A stretch of DNA of 64,000 nucleotides from Anthoceros angustus (lineage: Eukaryota > Plantae > Anthocerotophyta), in the NCBI GenBank assembly GCA_010909165.1, contig MU008163.1:992001-1056000 (forward strand). Direction: 5' to 3'. The notes under the pieces are model-generated. The model had not been told where the DNA came from. It did not search any database and worked only from the letters and a program-made list of their open reading frames with translations. Below, piece after piece: positions 25,622 to 36,170 of this stretch (positions are counted from its first letter, which is position 1; every line of letters starts with the position of its first letter). Position numbers and translations under genes: made by a program.

Positions 25622-25940
25622 CCATCAAGTGGACTATAATACGCTTCTTCTTCTTCTATGGAAAATGGGTGGCCGGTTATCGGTGTTTGTGGACGGGAGA
25701 CTGTATTGAATTGTTTATCCGGAAGCTATATCTGAGCCAAAAGGAAGGGACGCCCCATTGGGTCGCCTGATGCTTCCAACGCCACGCCATTGGCTGCTCG
25801 CTTATCGGCTCTCTCTCCAGGCCTAAGTGTAGCAACAGGCTTGCCACCTTCCCCACCTCCTTGCGCGCGCACAAACACATTGCACACCAGAGCAGGAGGC
25901 AGCATCAGCACCCGCAGCAGCAGCACATTCTACAGCGACT

Positions 25941-26925
25941 ATGGCTGCCACCATCGCCGCCCGCGCCCTGGTGTCCCCGCAGCCGCAGCCACAGCCGCGG
26001 TGGCCTCCAGCGCGCCTGAGTCCAGCCGCCACCAGCTGCTTCTGGAGGCCGCGCCCTCCGGATCTCCCCGGCCTCCTCCTCCCTCCTCCTGCCCGCTCCT
26101 CCGTCATCGTCCGCGCCTCCTCCGACAAGCCGGCCCCGGGTGAGCCTCCGTCCCACCAGCATTCCCGTTCCTCCATCTTCAGCACTGCATTCTGTTTCCT
26201 GGCCCCCGCTATGACTGACCGCGCGCCGTCCGGGGTTTCTCTGTGGTTTGGCCGCGCAGTCCAACAGGCAGCTCTACTTCGCGTCCGCGCAGAGCCTGTC
26301 CTACCTCGATGGCACCCTGGCGGGAGACTACGGCTTCGACCCCCTGGGCCTGATGGACCCCGAGGGCGCCGGGGGCTTCATCGACCCCAACTGGCTGGTG
26401 TACGCCGAGATCATCAACGGCAGATTCGCCATGCTCGGAGCTGCGGGCGCCATTGCGCCTGAGATTCTAGGGAAGCTGGGGCTCATCCCGGCCGAGACCG
26501 CCGTCGTGGTTCAAGTCCGGCGTCATCCCGCCCTTGGGAACCTACAACTACTGGGCCGACTCCTACACGCTCTTCGTGCTGGAGATCGCGTTGATGGGAT
26601 TCGCGGAGCACCGCAGGGCGCAGGACTACTACAAGCCCGGTTCCATGGGGAAGCAGTACTTCTTGGGCTTCGAGAAAGCTCTGGAGGTTCTGGAAACCCG
26701 GCGTACCCTGGTGGCCCCATCTTCAACTTCCTTGGCTTCGGCAAAGACGAGAAATCGCTCAAGGACCTCAAGACCAAGGAGGTGAAGAACGGCCGGCTGG
26801 CTATGCTCGCCGTGTTGGGATACTTCATCCAGGCCATCTTCACTGGAGTAGGACCTTTCCAGAATCTGCTCGATCACTCGGACCCTGTTAACAACAACGT
26901 CCTGACTAACTTGAAAATTCATTAG
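25941..26925 (+). CDS. Lhca3: Photosystem I light-harvesting chlorophyll a/b protein type III; intron ~26140-26259; apparent small deletions
   Basis: [102 protein letters not shown] are diagnostic for Lhca3; frame shifts at ~26505 and ~26684. Confidence 0.96.
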
Positions 26926-27269
26926 GTTAGGTTTTTGGCTTTAAACGTCCAGATGACTCTGTAACATGTCTAAAGAAGCAAATTTCTTCAGTGTAAAGAA
27001 AGTTCTTTCGCATATTATTTCAGAACCAAACGTGTTCGGGCCACGAGCCGCGCCTCTTCTTCCCAACTTGAAACCGTGGGTTCTTCAGGTTCATGTGCCG
27101 GATGTGTGTGGCGAGGAAGGATGTGATCACGTAGACGGTGGAATCTGACTGTGGATTACGGGCAGCTGCTGCAAGCACCTAGTATGTTAAATAGATGGAA
27201 TTTGACTCAGAGAAGTGTGCGTAGCAGTTTGGTGTCAACAGCAGTGTGTGCTGTAAAGAGAAGAGTGCG

Positions 27270-27860
27270 AGCTAGGACTGGTGGGCAGGGTCTAAAAATG
27301 TTGCTGATGAAGCTGGCAGGGTTGGGTACCTTCACAAGACAGATAGCCTGAGCATTGCAGAGCTATTCCGCCAAAGGCATTGCAACAGCAGACATGCCCA
27401 TCCCATATTGTTTCTCAAGGGCTCAAAGAGAAACTTGAGCACATTACTAAAGATCTGGCTCTTGCGGCTGTTGACAAACAGCTGGAGGCGATAGCAAGTT
27501 ATGCACATGTCAAGGTGAACGAGGAGGAGCCAAAGACTGATTGTCAATCTGGGTGGACGGGTGGACAACCTGCATCTCTGTTTTCCGGACAGAATTGGGC
27601 CTCATTTGTCGTGACCGTGCTACTTCTTGCTTGCCTTCAGACGGCCTGTGGAAGCTCTAATGCCCTCAGAAGGGCAGCTGCACTCACAGATTGTCAAAAA
27701 AGACTGTTGGATGGCACTCTGACGGGCACCTGCCTGGAGCATACGTATGCAAAACGTGGTGAACTGAAGGATGCACGGCCTGTCGAAGCACTGGTGCCTT
27801 ACAGAAAGCAGGCAGCTGCACTCCCAGATTGTGAAAAGAGGGCTGCTGGATAACGAAATT
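27270..27860 (+). pseudogene. Degenerate PLS PPR relic
   Basis: LLACLQTACGSS, GTCLEHTYAKRGELKDAR (S motif LVDMYAKCGELEDAR). Confidence 0.6.
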
Positions 27861-28339
27861 TAGCTACGTGCATTTGTTTCATCACTACCAAAGCTAGGCT
27901 TCTGCTACAACTGATACGTTGGATTCCTCCTAAAGCTGCAAAACCGGGCTTTTGTGGAGTGGCTCCAGAGCTGACAGATAGCAAGATCCTTATACAAGAT
28001 TCATGCAAGAGGTATGTATCACTGAGACACCAGAATTGAACTCAAAGCTGGGCTCTCTCAACACATCGGACCAGACCCCAGTCCAGACCTTGGACCCAGT
28101 CCAGACCACCACAGTCCACTAAAACCCGTGAGGCAGACCTGCTTGTCGCAACCCAAGACGCATGCCGAGTCAAATGACAGCCTACAGGGTCACCCTAATG
28201 ACTAACAGCCATAGCAAGTGCTGCAGCCTAATGTTTAACAGCCGTAAGCAAGTCCTTTTGGAAAATCTCGTAGACAATGAAATGGGGACAAGTGAATTAT
28301 GACGCTTTGCCATATGCGGACAAGTGTGGGATTGATGAC

Positions 28340-28760
28340 GCCTTGTAACCATGCAATTCGGCTCGCCATTAGGGGTTTGGTATGTATGTGGTGCTCGACT
28401 TACAAGCATCGTGATACCCATCCGGAGTGGGTGGTATTACATGTGATGTTGAGAACGCTTTCAATACTATTTCTAGGAGCATCATCTTCAAAAGAGCTCG
28501 ACGAGCCTAATTTTATTCCTTTTTGTCTGCGCTTCTCTGGGAGGTCTTCTAACCTTTACTACCAGTATAAGAACGCCTCTTTGGGATTTGCCGTTTCTGA
28601 CTTGGAATCGGCCACTGGTACTCGGCAAGGCGACTCTCCGGGCGGCGCTCTATTTGTATCGCCACTACAAGGCCCTATCCGGGCCGGCTTCCCTTTGCAC
28701 GCCTTTTGGTCACTTCAGACGACTCTCACATCCTTGGGCCTCGAGATGGTCACTTTTCAT
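28340..28760 (+). mobile_element. CRE/SLACS-like (early-branching non-LTR) reverse-transcriptase fragment
   Basis: With shifts: MQFG(V)AIRG...THPEWVVL..DVENAFNTISR...SATGTRQGDSPGGALF...DDSHILGP. Confidence 0.72.
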
Positions 28761-28865
28761 CGCTTGCATTCTCACATCCTTGGGCCTCGAGATAAGGTCA
28801 CTGCATCACTTAGCGATTCTCACATCCTTCGCCTAGAGATAAGGTCACTTTCTATCACTTGCGAC
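28724..28865 (+). repeat. ~47-bp tandem repeat, 3 copies, at the broken end of the RT fragment
   Basis: tctcacatcctt.g.cct.gagat..ggtcact... at 28724, 28770 and 28818. Confidence 0.9.
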
Positions 28866-29250
28866 TGTGCCGAGGTAAGTACTTGAATTCATATAAGCAC
28901 TTAACAACCAACCAAACAAATCTAATACGCGATATATATATACGTAACAATAGGAGTAGCTCGCATCGTGGCACAAACACACTCTCCCCACGAGAACAAC
29001 ACACAAATTCCTCACACATTGCTCTCGGAGTCATGGCTTTGGCCTCCTCATAACACCCTTGCATTGCATATCTAGAGGACAAGCTATGATCTGAGCTTGT
29101 CCTCAATGGAAGGGTCTATATATACTAGCCCTTGGCATCGGCATATTCCTAAGATATCCTATTGGCATCAGCATATGCTGGAAATATCCTAAGAATACAC
29201 TATAATATGCAAGGAATATGCCAAAGCATATTACTTGAGCTTATCCACTT
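28866..29250. mobile_element. Truncated copy of the LTR at 30178-30857
   Basis: Starts TGT(G)CCGAGGTAAG(T)ACTTGAATTCATATAAGCAC, contains the GAGGACAAGCT hairpin and the atcctaagaatacactataatatgc block, and breaks off at cttatccactt. Confidence 0.85.
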
Positions 29251-29400
29251 TACGTCCCCCGCCTCCAACACCCACATTTATCGCGCTAACTACTCGCAAC
29301 ATTCACCGCATGCATCTGTGGTCAAACGCGTTAAGGACCTGTCGGCGTGATCGCTCACATCCGCTACCGCCCTCTCTAGTCCGCTCCTCGCTTCACTCAC
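29251..29400 (+). mobile_element. Short Copia-related piece homologous to 16625-16730
   Basis: ctttacgtcc...ctccaacacccacatttat...cgcctaactactcgcaacattcac...gtggtcaa.cg.ttaag is shared with the 16.6-kb Copia. Confidence 0.6.
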
Positions 29401-30177
29401 ACTACACTCATCAACCTTGGGAAAAGAATGCGGGCTACCCCGGACCTCCTCCGCTGCCTCCGGGCCTCTACACGCCTCCCAGTCCCTCCGGCCACACGTT
29501 CCGGTCCGTTTTGACGGGTCGCGGCTCTGGACGAGCACGGATCACCAGCCACCCTTCCCTGCACACACCACCACACGTTAGGGGTTCGCCACGAACCTCG
29601 ACGTCGGTCTCTCGGAGTTGTCACACCTGACTCAGGACTCACGTTAGCAAGAAGACGCAAGGGTCCGCAAGAACGCGATCAACACCAAGAGAAAGATACT
29701 TTACTAGAGCATTTCTCCCTCTTATACTACGCCCCAAGGTCGGCGCCTTTATTACACTCTATTCGAAGCGGGTGGCTACCGGGCCCCCGACCGGCGACTA
29801 CTACCCTTCTATTCCTCCTATCTTCGCTGGTGGTGGATGGCCCCGATTCCGCCTCTTGGCTCTGGGCGGCCCAAGCCCTAGCCTCGGGCCGCGCCCCCCC
29901 ATGATCGGATGGCATGGGCCCCTTCCTCTTCAGACTGCCAGTCGTGCGCACGGGCCACGGCTGCAGGCGATCACCACTAAATCCCCTTCATTTATTTCCT
30001 GGCGGGCCCCTCGCACGGCCCCTCGAGAGCGATCGGCTACCGTCTTGACTTCAGGCTGCGGCAGCCTCAACTTCCGTAGTCCGGACCCCAGGTCCGGACT
30101 TCCTCCACGTCAGGACCTGTGGTCCGGTCTTCCTTCCGGGTCCTGGCCTTCCTTCGGTCCGGGACCTGGTCCGGTCT

Positions 30178-30857
30178 TGTCGCATCAGAAGCACGAATTC
30201 ATATAGCACTTCCCACCAACAACCACAAACAAATCACGCAGACATATAGGTGCAACCAATAACAACAGGAGGGAGTAGCTCGCACGCCGGCACAAACACA
30301 CCTCCCCACGAACAACACGCAAATTCCTCACACATCGCCTCCTGAGTCATAGCTTTGGCCTCCTCACAACTCAGACAGATATCTAGAGGACAAGCTATGA
30401 TCCGAGCTTGTCCTCAATGGAAGGGTCTATATATACTACCGCATCGCATACATTCCTAAGATATCCTATCGCATCAAAGATATGCCGAAATATCCTAAGA
30501 ATACACTATAATATGCAAGGAATATGCCAAAGCATATTACTTGAGCTTATCCACTTAGCTATTGTATCCTAAGAATACACTATAATATGCAAGGAATATG
30601 CCAAAGCATATTACTTGAGCTTATCCACTTAGCTATTGCTAACCATGTTTAATTAACACTAATCAATGCTTAATTAACATAAGCACATTAGATTAATTAA
30701 CACTAATCAATTAGCTTAATTAACACTAATCAATGCTTAATTAGCATAAGCACCTTAGATTAATTAACACTAATTACTTACTTAAAGATAAGTAATTAGA
30801 TTAATTAATGCTAATCAAACACTAAACCCAAGTGCAGATTAGTATCACACGATGACA
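30178..30857. repeat. Complete LTR (~680 bp)
   Basis: TGTCGC...GATGACA termini; ~70-bp internal duplication (30500-30640); AT-rich taattaacactaatcaa repeats; TATA-like ctatatatac at 30427-30436. Confidence 0.85.
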
Positions 30858-31099
30858 GCCGCACGAGGTAAGCACTTGAATTCATATAAGCACTTCCTCG
30901 ACCAACAACCAAAACAAATCTAATACGCAGATATATAGGTGCAACCAATCCCCGATAATGTGAGACTCTAAGTCAAAACATTATCATTAGTAGGACTACG
31001 ACGCACCTCATGTAGCGCATTGTGCACAAAACCAATCTCCTTGAATGTCGTCAGAGGTTATGAACCTTGTCCATGAGTGGAGGCTTGTCTTGATCCTTA

Positions 31100-31330
31100 T
31101 GGGCGGCCATGTGGACTACTCTCCCCAGGTGCTCGCCATTTTCTTCTTGCCTCATCGAGCTGCCTCCTGCAACACTGGTTCATTCTTGATTAGTTCTATG
31201 TGGAACTTCCCTTTGGTGTACTTCCCCATCTCGCGTGAAAGCAAACACATGTCGCGATGCCTCCAACAACTCCTTTAGCCGACGCTTGATTGCTCTTCAA
31301 CTCGGCGTTAACCACTCATGTGGCTCGAAT
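31100..31330 (-). mobile_element. Gypsy RT N-terminal (pre-core) segment, truncated
   Basis: RLKELLEASRHVFAF..EMGKYTKG.FHIELIKNEPV matches the Gypsy pattern LKxLLxxxxDVFAFxxxELGxYxxxxFxIxLxDxxP. Confidence 0.6.
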
Positions 31331-31449
31331 GGCTTGCACGCTCTCTCTCGCTCCTCTCCTCAAACTCGCCGTTGAGATGCTGGAATGTCCTTCACCCACC
31401 GAACCGCTCAACCCCTTCGGGTTTCGTTGGTAAGCGACCCAGCTAAACA

Positions 31450-32320
31450 ACGGTCATCATGTTCACGTCAAATGCTTGCCAAGCAATCGACACTGCCTTT
31501 TCCTGGTCACTCCTGTCTTCGTGGCTGATCAAATCCCATGGCCAACTCCTCTCTGGCTTGGCTCTCCCAAGGCCTCGCCATGTCCCACCACAACGGGGCC
31601 ATGGTTCTGGCGTAAGACTTGGACTTAGACACAAAGGTTGGCCAAGCCATGGGGTGTCCAGCGTGTTCACAGTGCGCGGCAGCTTCTTGATGACTTGTTG
31701 GGCATGCCTTCCGATGCTAGCACATCCTTGACAACATGATTAGGTCGCTTGGTGAACGACCTCGCACACTTCAAATGTTCCAGGAGCAAGGTTAGTCCAC
31801 ATGGACCTCAACCTATGAGCCCTCGAACCAAATTGAGCTGCATCCAATAGAAGCCCGACCCAACACTCCTCGGATCGTGGCAAAGTCCTCTGAACTTGCT
31901 TCTTCACGCTCATGCACATTCTCCAACATGTATCCACAAGGCCTTTCTTGCCCTTTCCGGATCAAGCGCAAGATCCTCATCAGTCATAGAACAATGTTCG
32001 TGGATCCTTGACCTTGACCCTTGCCTGCAGAGGATAGTCCTTGACACTCCCAACTGCGATGACAAGGTCCACCGGTTGCCCAAGACAACTCAAATGGGAC
32101 AACCCTATCATGCGAACATCCATCGGCCGGTAACCCTTCACCGACTCCCACGTCGGAGGTTAGGTACTCCCCATCAAGTCTCTTACGCTCGTGACACAAT
32201 CCTTGCTTTTGGATCCGGGTCACAATGCACGTATCTTCGCACTTTGATGCCACACTTTAGCACTGCCCAAGCCGATGCTGCCTCCAAAGAGTTCCACGAG
32301 CACCGTCTTCCCGAGGTCGC
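31450..32320 (-). CDS. Retrotransposon-encoded C5 cytosine DNA methyltransferase domain (frameshifted in this assembly)
   Basis: Motif I VLVELFGG (32297-32280); II VRRYVHCDPD; IV VDLVIA(G)WECQGLSSAGKG (32052-32023); VI GYMLENV (31926-31915); VIII LLDAAQFGSRAHRLRSMWTNL (31820-31806); IX/X P.ERELAMGF...(G)KAFDVNMM (31475-31458); canonical order. Confidence 0.85.
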
Positions 32321-32699
32321 CATGTGATGACCGGTGTTTAGGTCACAAACAGGCTCAACCCTAGGCAAGAACTTACAGAGCTCCTCATAGGCACCGGGTC
32401 CTCTTGCACCATCCTCCACAGCCTTTTGCACGGCTCATTGCTCAGTCACCAGCTCCGAGTGACTTGAAGAACCTCCTCCGAGGGTGGTTGCAACCCTAGC
32501 TTGTCCTCCTCCTCGTCGAAATCCTCCATCGTCGGGTTGTTAGACACACGCCAAGAGGTTCAAGCACGTATGGCGTGTCCTTCACTACGGCGCCAAACAC
32601 TGGGTAGACGCTGTTGGCAATGAGGTTCTCATGATCCTTGCCATGCAGCTGCAGAGGGATGCGGGCAATCCGTTCATCGGTTTTGCTCCAGCTTCTCCA

Positions 32700-33030
32700 G
32701 CCTGGTCGATAGTAGACTGTCTCCGTCCACAAATCCACCATGACTCCAGGTTTGTACAAAGCGTCCGCTCCCAGCAAGACATCAAATGTGTCTCGTGACC
32801 AAGACTGTACCTCGACAAAGGTGAAGTCTCATTGTTCTTGGTTTGAATGAAACCTTCAGCTTGTACCTTGTCACCCCAACACATGCTCCGTGGTCCCGCT
32901 GGGGATCTTCCACTTGGTTTCCTTCAACCTTTCTTGGTGGAGACCCAACGCTTCCTTCACTCTTCTTCCAACGATCACCGTGCTCCGGTGTCAATCAACA
33001 CCTCCTTGGTGCGAATCCATTGATTTCAAT
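32700..33030 (-). CDS. Retroviral-type aspartic protease (degenerate)
   Basis: EINGFAP..VLIDTGA (DTG at 32992-32984) and FDVLLGADALYKPGVMVDLWTETVYYRPGW. Confidence 0.8.
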
Positions 33031-33399
33031 GTGCCTCTCCGATTGTTGACCAAAGCCACTCCCACTGCGGCAAAGATTCCGCCTCCACGAGATGCTTGGC
33101 TGAGGTCAATGACATCATTGCTACTGTGGCAAATCTTGGACACTTGCTTCGTCTTCAAGGGTTGTCAACATCCGCCGAGTCAAACCCCGACTTCCTTCAC
33201 GCTCAACCCCATGTCTTGTAGGTCAAACATGGCATCTCCGGCTTTTGTGCCATCGCCTCTGCAATGCGCATGGGTTTCTCCACATCGCCCACTGGACTTT
33301 GATGTTGCTCCCACAGTTGCTCTGCTGGCAATGGCTCAAACGACTTTGGCATCTTGGCATAGGTTCGGAAGAGGATCCCAAGCTTCCTTCCGTGTCTTC

Positions 33400-34803
33400 C
33401 GTGACCGCCAAGTCCATCCTCTTCTTCCTCCGAGCTATCTTCTCGTAGCGAGGTTTCTTCCCTGCCCTTGGATCCGGTCACGCCGCCATGTATCCAAGCT
33501 TGTGCTCATCTTCTTCGTCCTCGATGATGAACCGCCGCTCTCCTTGATCTTCGCCTTCGCACCAACTTCTCCAGCTTTGCAAGGCGTGCCAGTAGCTGTC
33601 CATCGCCTTCTTTGATGCTTCCCGTTTCTTTTGTCCACGGGACTTCGCCGTGCCTCCACGGCGCCTTTGCTCTTCCGATTTTGTGGATGAGGTTGACGCA
33701 GATGCATTGGCCGGGTTGCTGCTCGATAACCCGTAGGCCGCAATTCGGATGCTTCTCCCAACATGCCGCTTCATTGTGCCTGCAACCTCCCACACCTAGG
33801 GCATGGCTCCTCACCCTTGACTCCTCCGAATGCATGCTCGCACTCATGAGGGGAATGGTCCGCCCTCGGCACCTCACGCAGGGGCTCGTCACTTGGGCCG
33901 TGGGGCTGGCTTGTCTCGAGCTCCTCCACTGACCTCCGCGTCCATGTCGCCCACCACTCCTACTTGTGTTGAGTAATCACTTGCAAAAGAGAAAGTGTCC
34001 CGGGCCCTATCTTGTCACCCATCTCGTACACTTCCTTGAGGGTGTAGTGTTGCCCTTCGCTTGCACCGCTTGTTGCACCTTCATGCAGTGCATATGGCAA
34101 TGCCTGCAAGTACTTCTCTGCAGCCATCACTCATGATCTTGGTGTCACACTAACCGGTCGATTCTTCGATAAGCCATCTTCGCAGTCCCCGACTTCATCT
34201 TGAAGTGTGTCACTCGGAGATCTTCTCATCCGTGCTTGCGAAACTCCAGGAAGATGTCAAACATCTCTTCGATGGGATCGTGCCCACTTGTGCCACCGCC
34301 TCCGTCGCACCGGTTCCTTCGAGCTTGAACTGCTACTCCTGGTCCTCCGCGCTCAACAACCTCGCCTTGTGCTCGCGATAGCACGCCAATGCTTCATCCC
34401 CAAGTACTTGGCATTTGGATGAAGCCGTATCGCTGTATCCGGTCTTCAATTCCATCTCCGCACACACCGCACTGCATTTCTCGATGAAGTCCTCCAGTGG
34501 CAAGGTGCCCGCTCGTCCTGTGAACAACTCCATTCGATCCTTGTCTCCTCCCATCTTGACGACTCCTAGAGACAAGTCCTCCTCGCTGTCGCTTCCACTG
34601 AGTTGTCCCGGCAGCACCAACGTGTCTTGTGTGTTGCCACTCACAGATCCTTCAAAGATTGTTGATTGTGTCGCTGGGTTCCTCCGTGTCCTTCGCTGGT
34701 ACCAAAATCGAGGTGTTCGCACTTCTCTCTCTTGGTCGGGACTTCGAATTCGCCTCGATGGACTTGGTTTGGTAGCTCCGTCCGGATCGAGTGTGTCCAG
34801 CAT
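33400..34803 (-). CDS. Gag-like ORF with CCHC zinc knuckle (degenerate)
   Basis: KDRMELFTGRAGTLPLEDFIEK..., EKYLQALPYALHE..., CPRCG...HNEAACWEKHPELRP. Confidence 0.7.
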
Positions 34804-35203
34804 GCACTCCAGGCGGTTAGTGGCTAGATCAAACCCTTAATCAAGGTTAACACCCGCTATCTTAGATCGTGATTAGTGAAACCTCTAAGTATCTATGCAT
34901 GTTTAAATTGCACACAAATACTTTGCAGGCTACATTATGGTCAAAAACGTGAGCTGGGTGAGTTGGATAGCAAAGGTATAAGAACTCCAAAGTTAAGCAC
35001 CCATGGGGTGGATCAGTACCTGGATGGGGTGCTGAATAACTAGGAGTTTTGGAAAGGAAGTGAAATCAAATGGACTGATGACGTACCCATGTCTATCCAC
35101 TTCTCCCTTATCCCTTGGAATCCAGGCCTAAGAGTAAAATACTCTTGTTTCTCCCTTGGTTGGTTGGCCTTAAAAGGCCAACCCCCCTTGTGGAGGCCTC
35201 ATT

Positions 35204-35343
35204 CCTCTCCTTGGCCTTGGACTTGGGCTTCCTCGCCTCCTCTCCTTGGCCTTGGACTTGGGCTTCTTTGCCTCCTCTCCTTGGCCTTGGACTTGGGCTG
35301 CTTCGCCTCCTCTCCTTGGCCTTGGACTTGGGCTTCTTCACTC
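35204..35343 (+). repeat. 35-bp tandem repeat (4 near-perfect copies plus degenerate flank) in the retroelement leader
   Basis: cctctccttggccttggacttgggcttcctcgcct starting at 35204, 35239, 35274 and 35309. Confidence 0.95.
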
Positions 35344-35429
35344 CTTTCCTTGGCCTTGGGCTTGGTCCCTCTGGCCCTCGCCTTGGGCTTGGGCTTGAGA
35401 GTCCCTGCCACTTGCTTGGCTGCCGGCCT

Positions 35430-35580
35430 CGCCTAGCACGCCTAGCAGCCTAGGGTCGCTTAGCATCACTAGCATCGCCCCTAGCATCGCCTAGCATCGC
35501 CCAGCACCCAGCATTAGCATCGCGCCCAGCATCGCCTAGCATCGCCTAGCACGCTAGCGCCAGCATCACCCTAGCTGCGC
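35430..35580 (+). repeat. 10-bp minisatellite (ctagcatcgc)n in the retroelement leader
   Basis: About a dozen degenerate copies of cctagcatcg. Confidence 0.85.
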
Positions 35581-35600
35581 CTATCACAGCACACGAGATC

Positions 35601-36170
35601 ACAACAAGAACAGAGGGAGTAGCTGCACGCCGGCACAAACACACTCTCCCACGAGAACAACACGCAAATTCCTCACATCGCTCGAGTCATAGCTTTGGCC
35701 TCCTCACACGCCTCAGACAGATATCTGATGATCACGATCCTCAATGGAAGGGTCTATATACTAGACCTGGCATCGATATTCCTAAGATATCCATCGGCAT
35801 CGATAAAATATCCTAAGAATACACTAATATGCAATAATATGCCAAGCATATTACTTGAGCTTATCCACTTAGCTATTGTATCCTAAGAATACACTATAAT
35901 ATGCAATATGCCAAAGCATATTACTTGAGCTTATCCACTTAGCTATTGCTAACCATGTTTAATTAACACTAATCAATGCTTAATTAACATAAGCACATTA
36001 GATTAATAATTAATTAGCACACATTAGTTTAATTAACACTAATCAATGCTTAATTAATAAGCACTTTAGATTAATTAACACTAATTACTTACTTAAAGAT
36101 AAGTAATTAGATTAATTAATGCCAATCAAACACCAAACCCAAGTGCATAGATTAGTATACACAGATGACA
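35601..36170. repeat. LTR copy lacking the ~90-bp segment found at 30858-30949
   Basis: Colinear with 30265-30857 from gagggagtagct to gatgaca. Confidence 0.85.

Larger units (their letters stand above)
30178..36170 (-). mobile_element. Ty3/Gypsy-type retroelement carrying a C5 cytosine methyltransferase (truncated; RT core, RNase H and integrase absent)
   Basis: TGTC...GACA-bounded LTR-type repeats at 30178-30857, 30858-30949 (part) and 35601-36170 (part); internal gag, VLIDTGA protease, DNMT motifs and the start of RT. Confidence 0.85.

Noticed and set aside
35089-35453. Lys-rich histone/protamine-like ORFs (KPKSKAKER)
   Set aside because: They arise from a 35-bp repeat that is not a multiple of 3, so the frame rotates with each unit.
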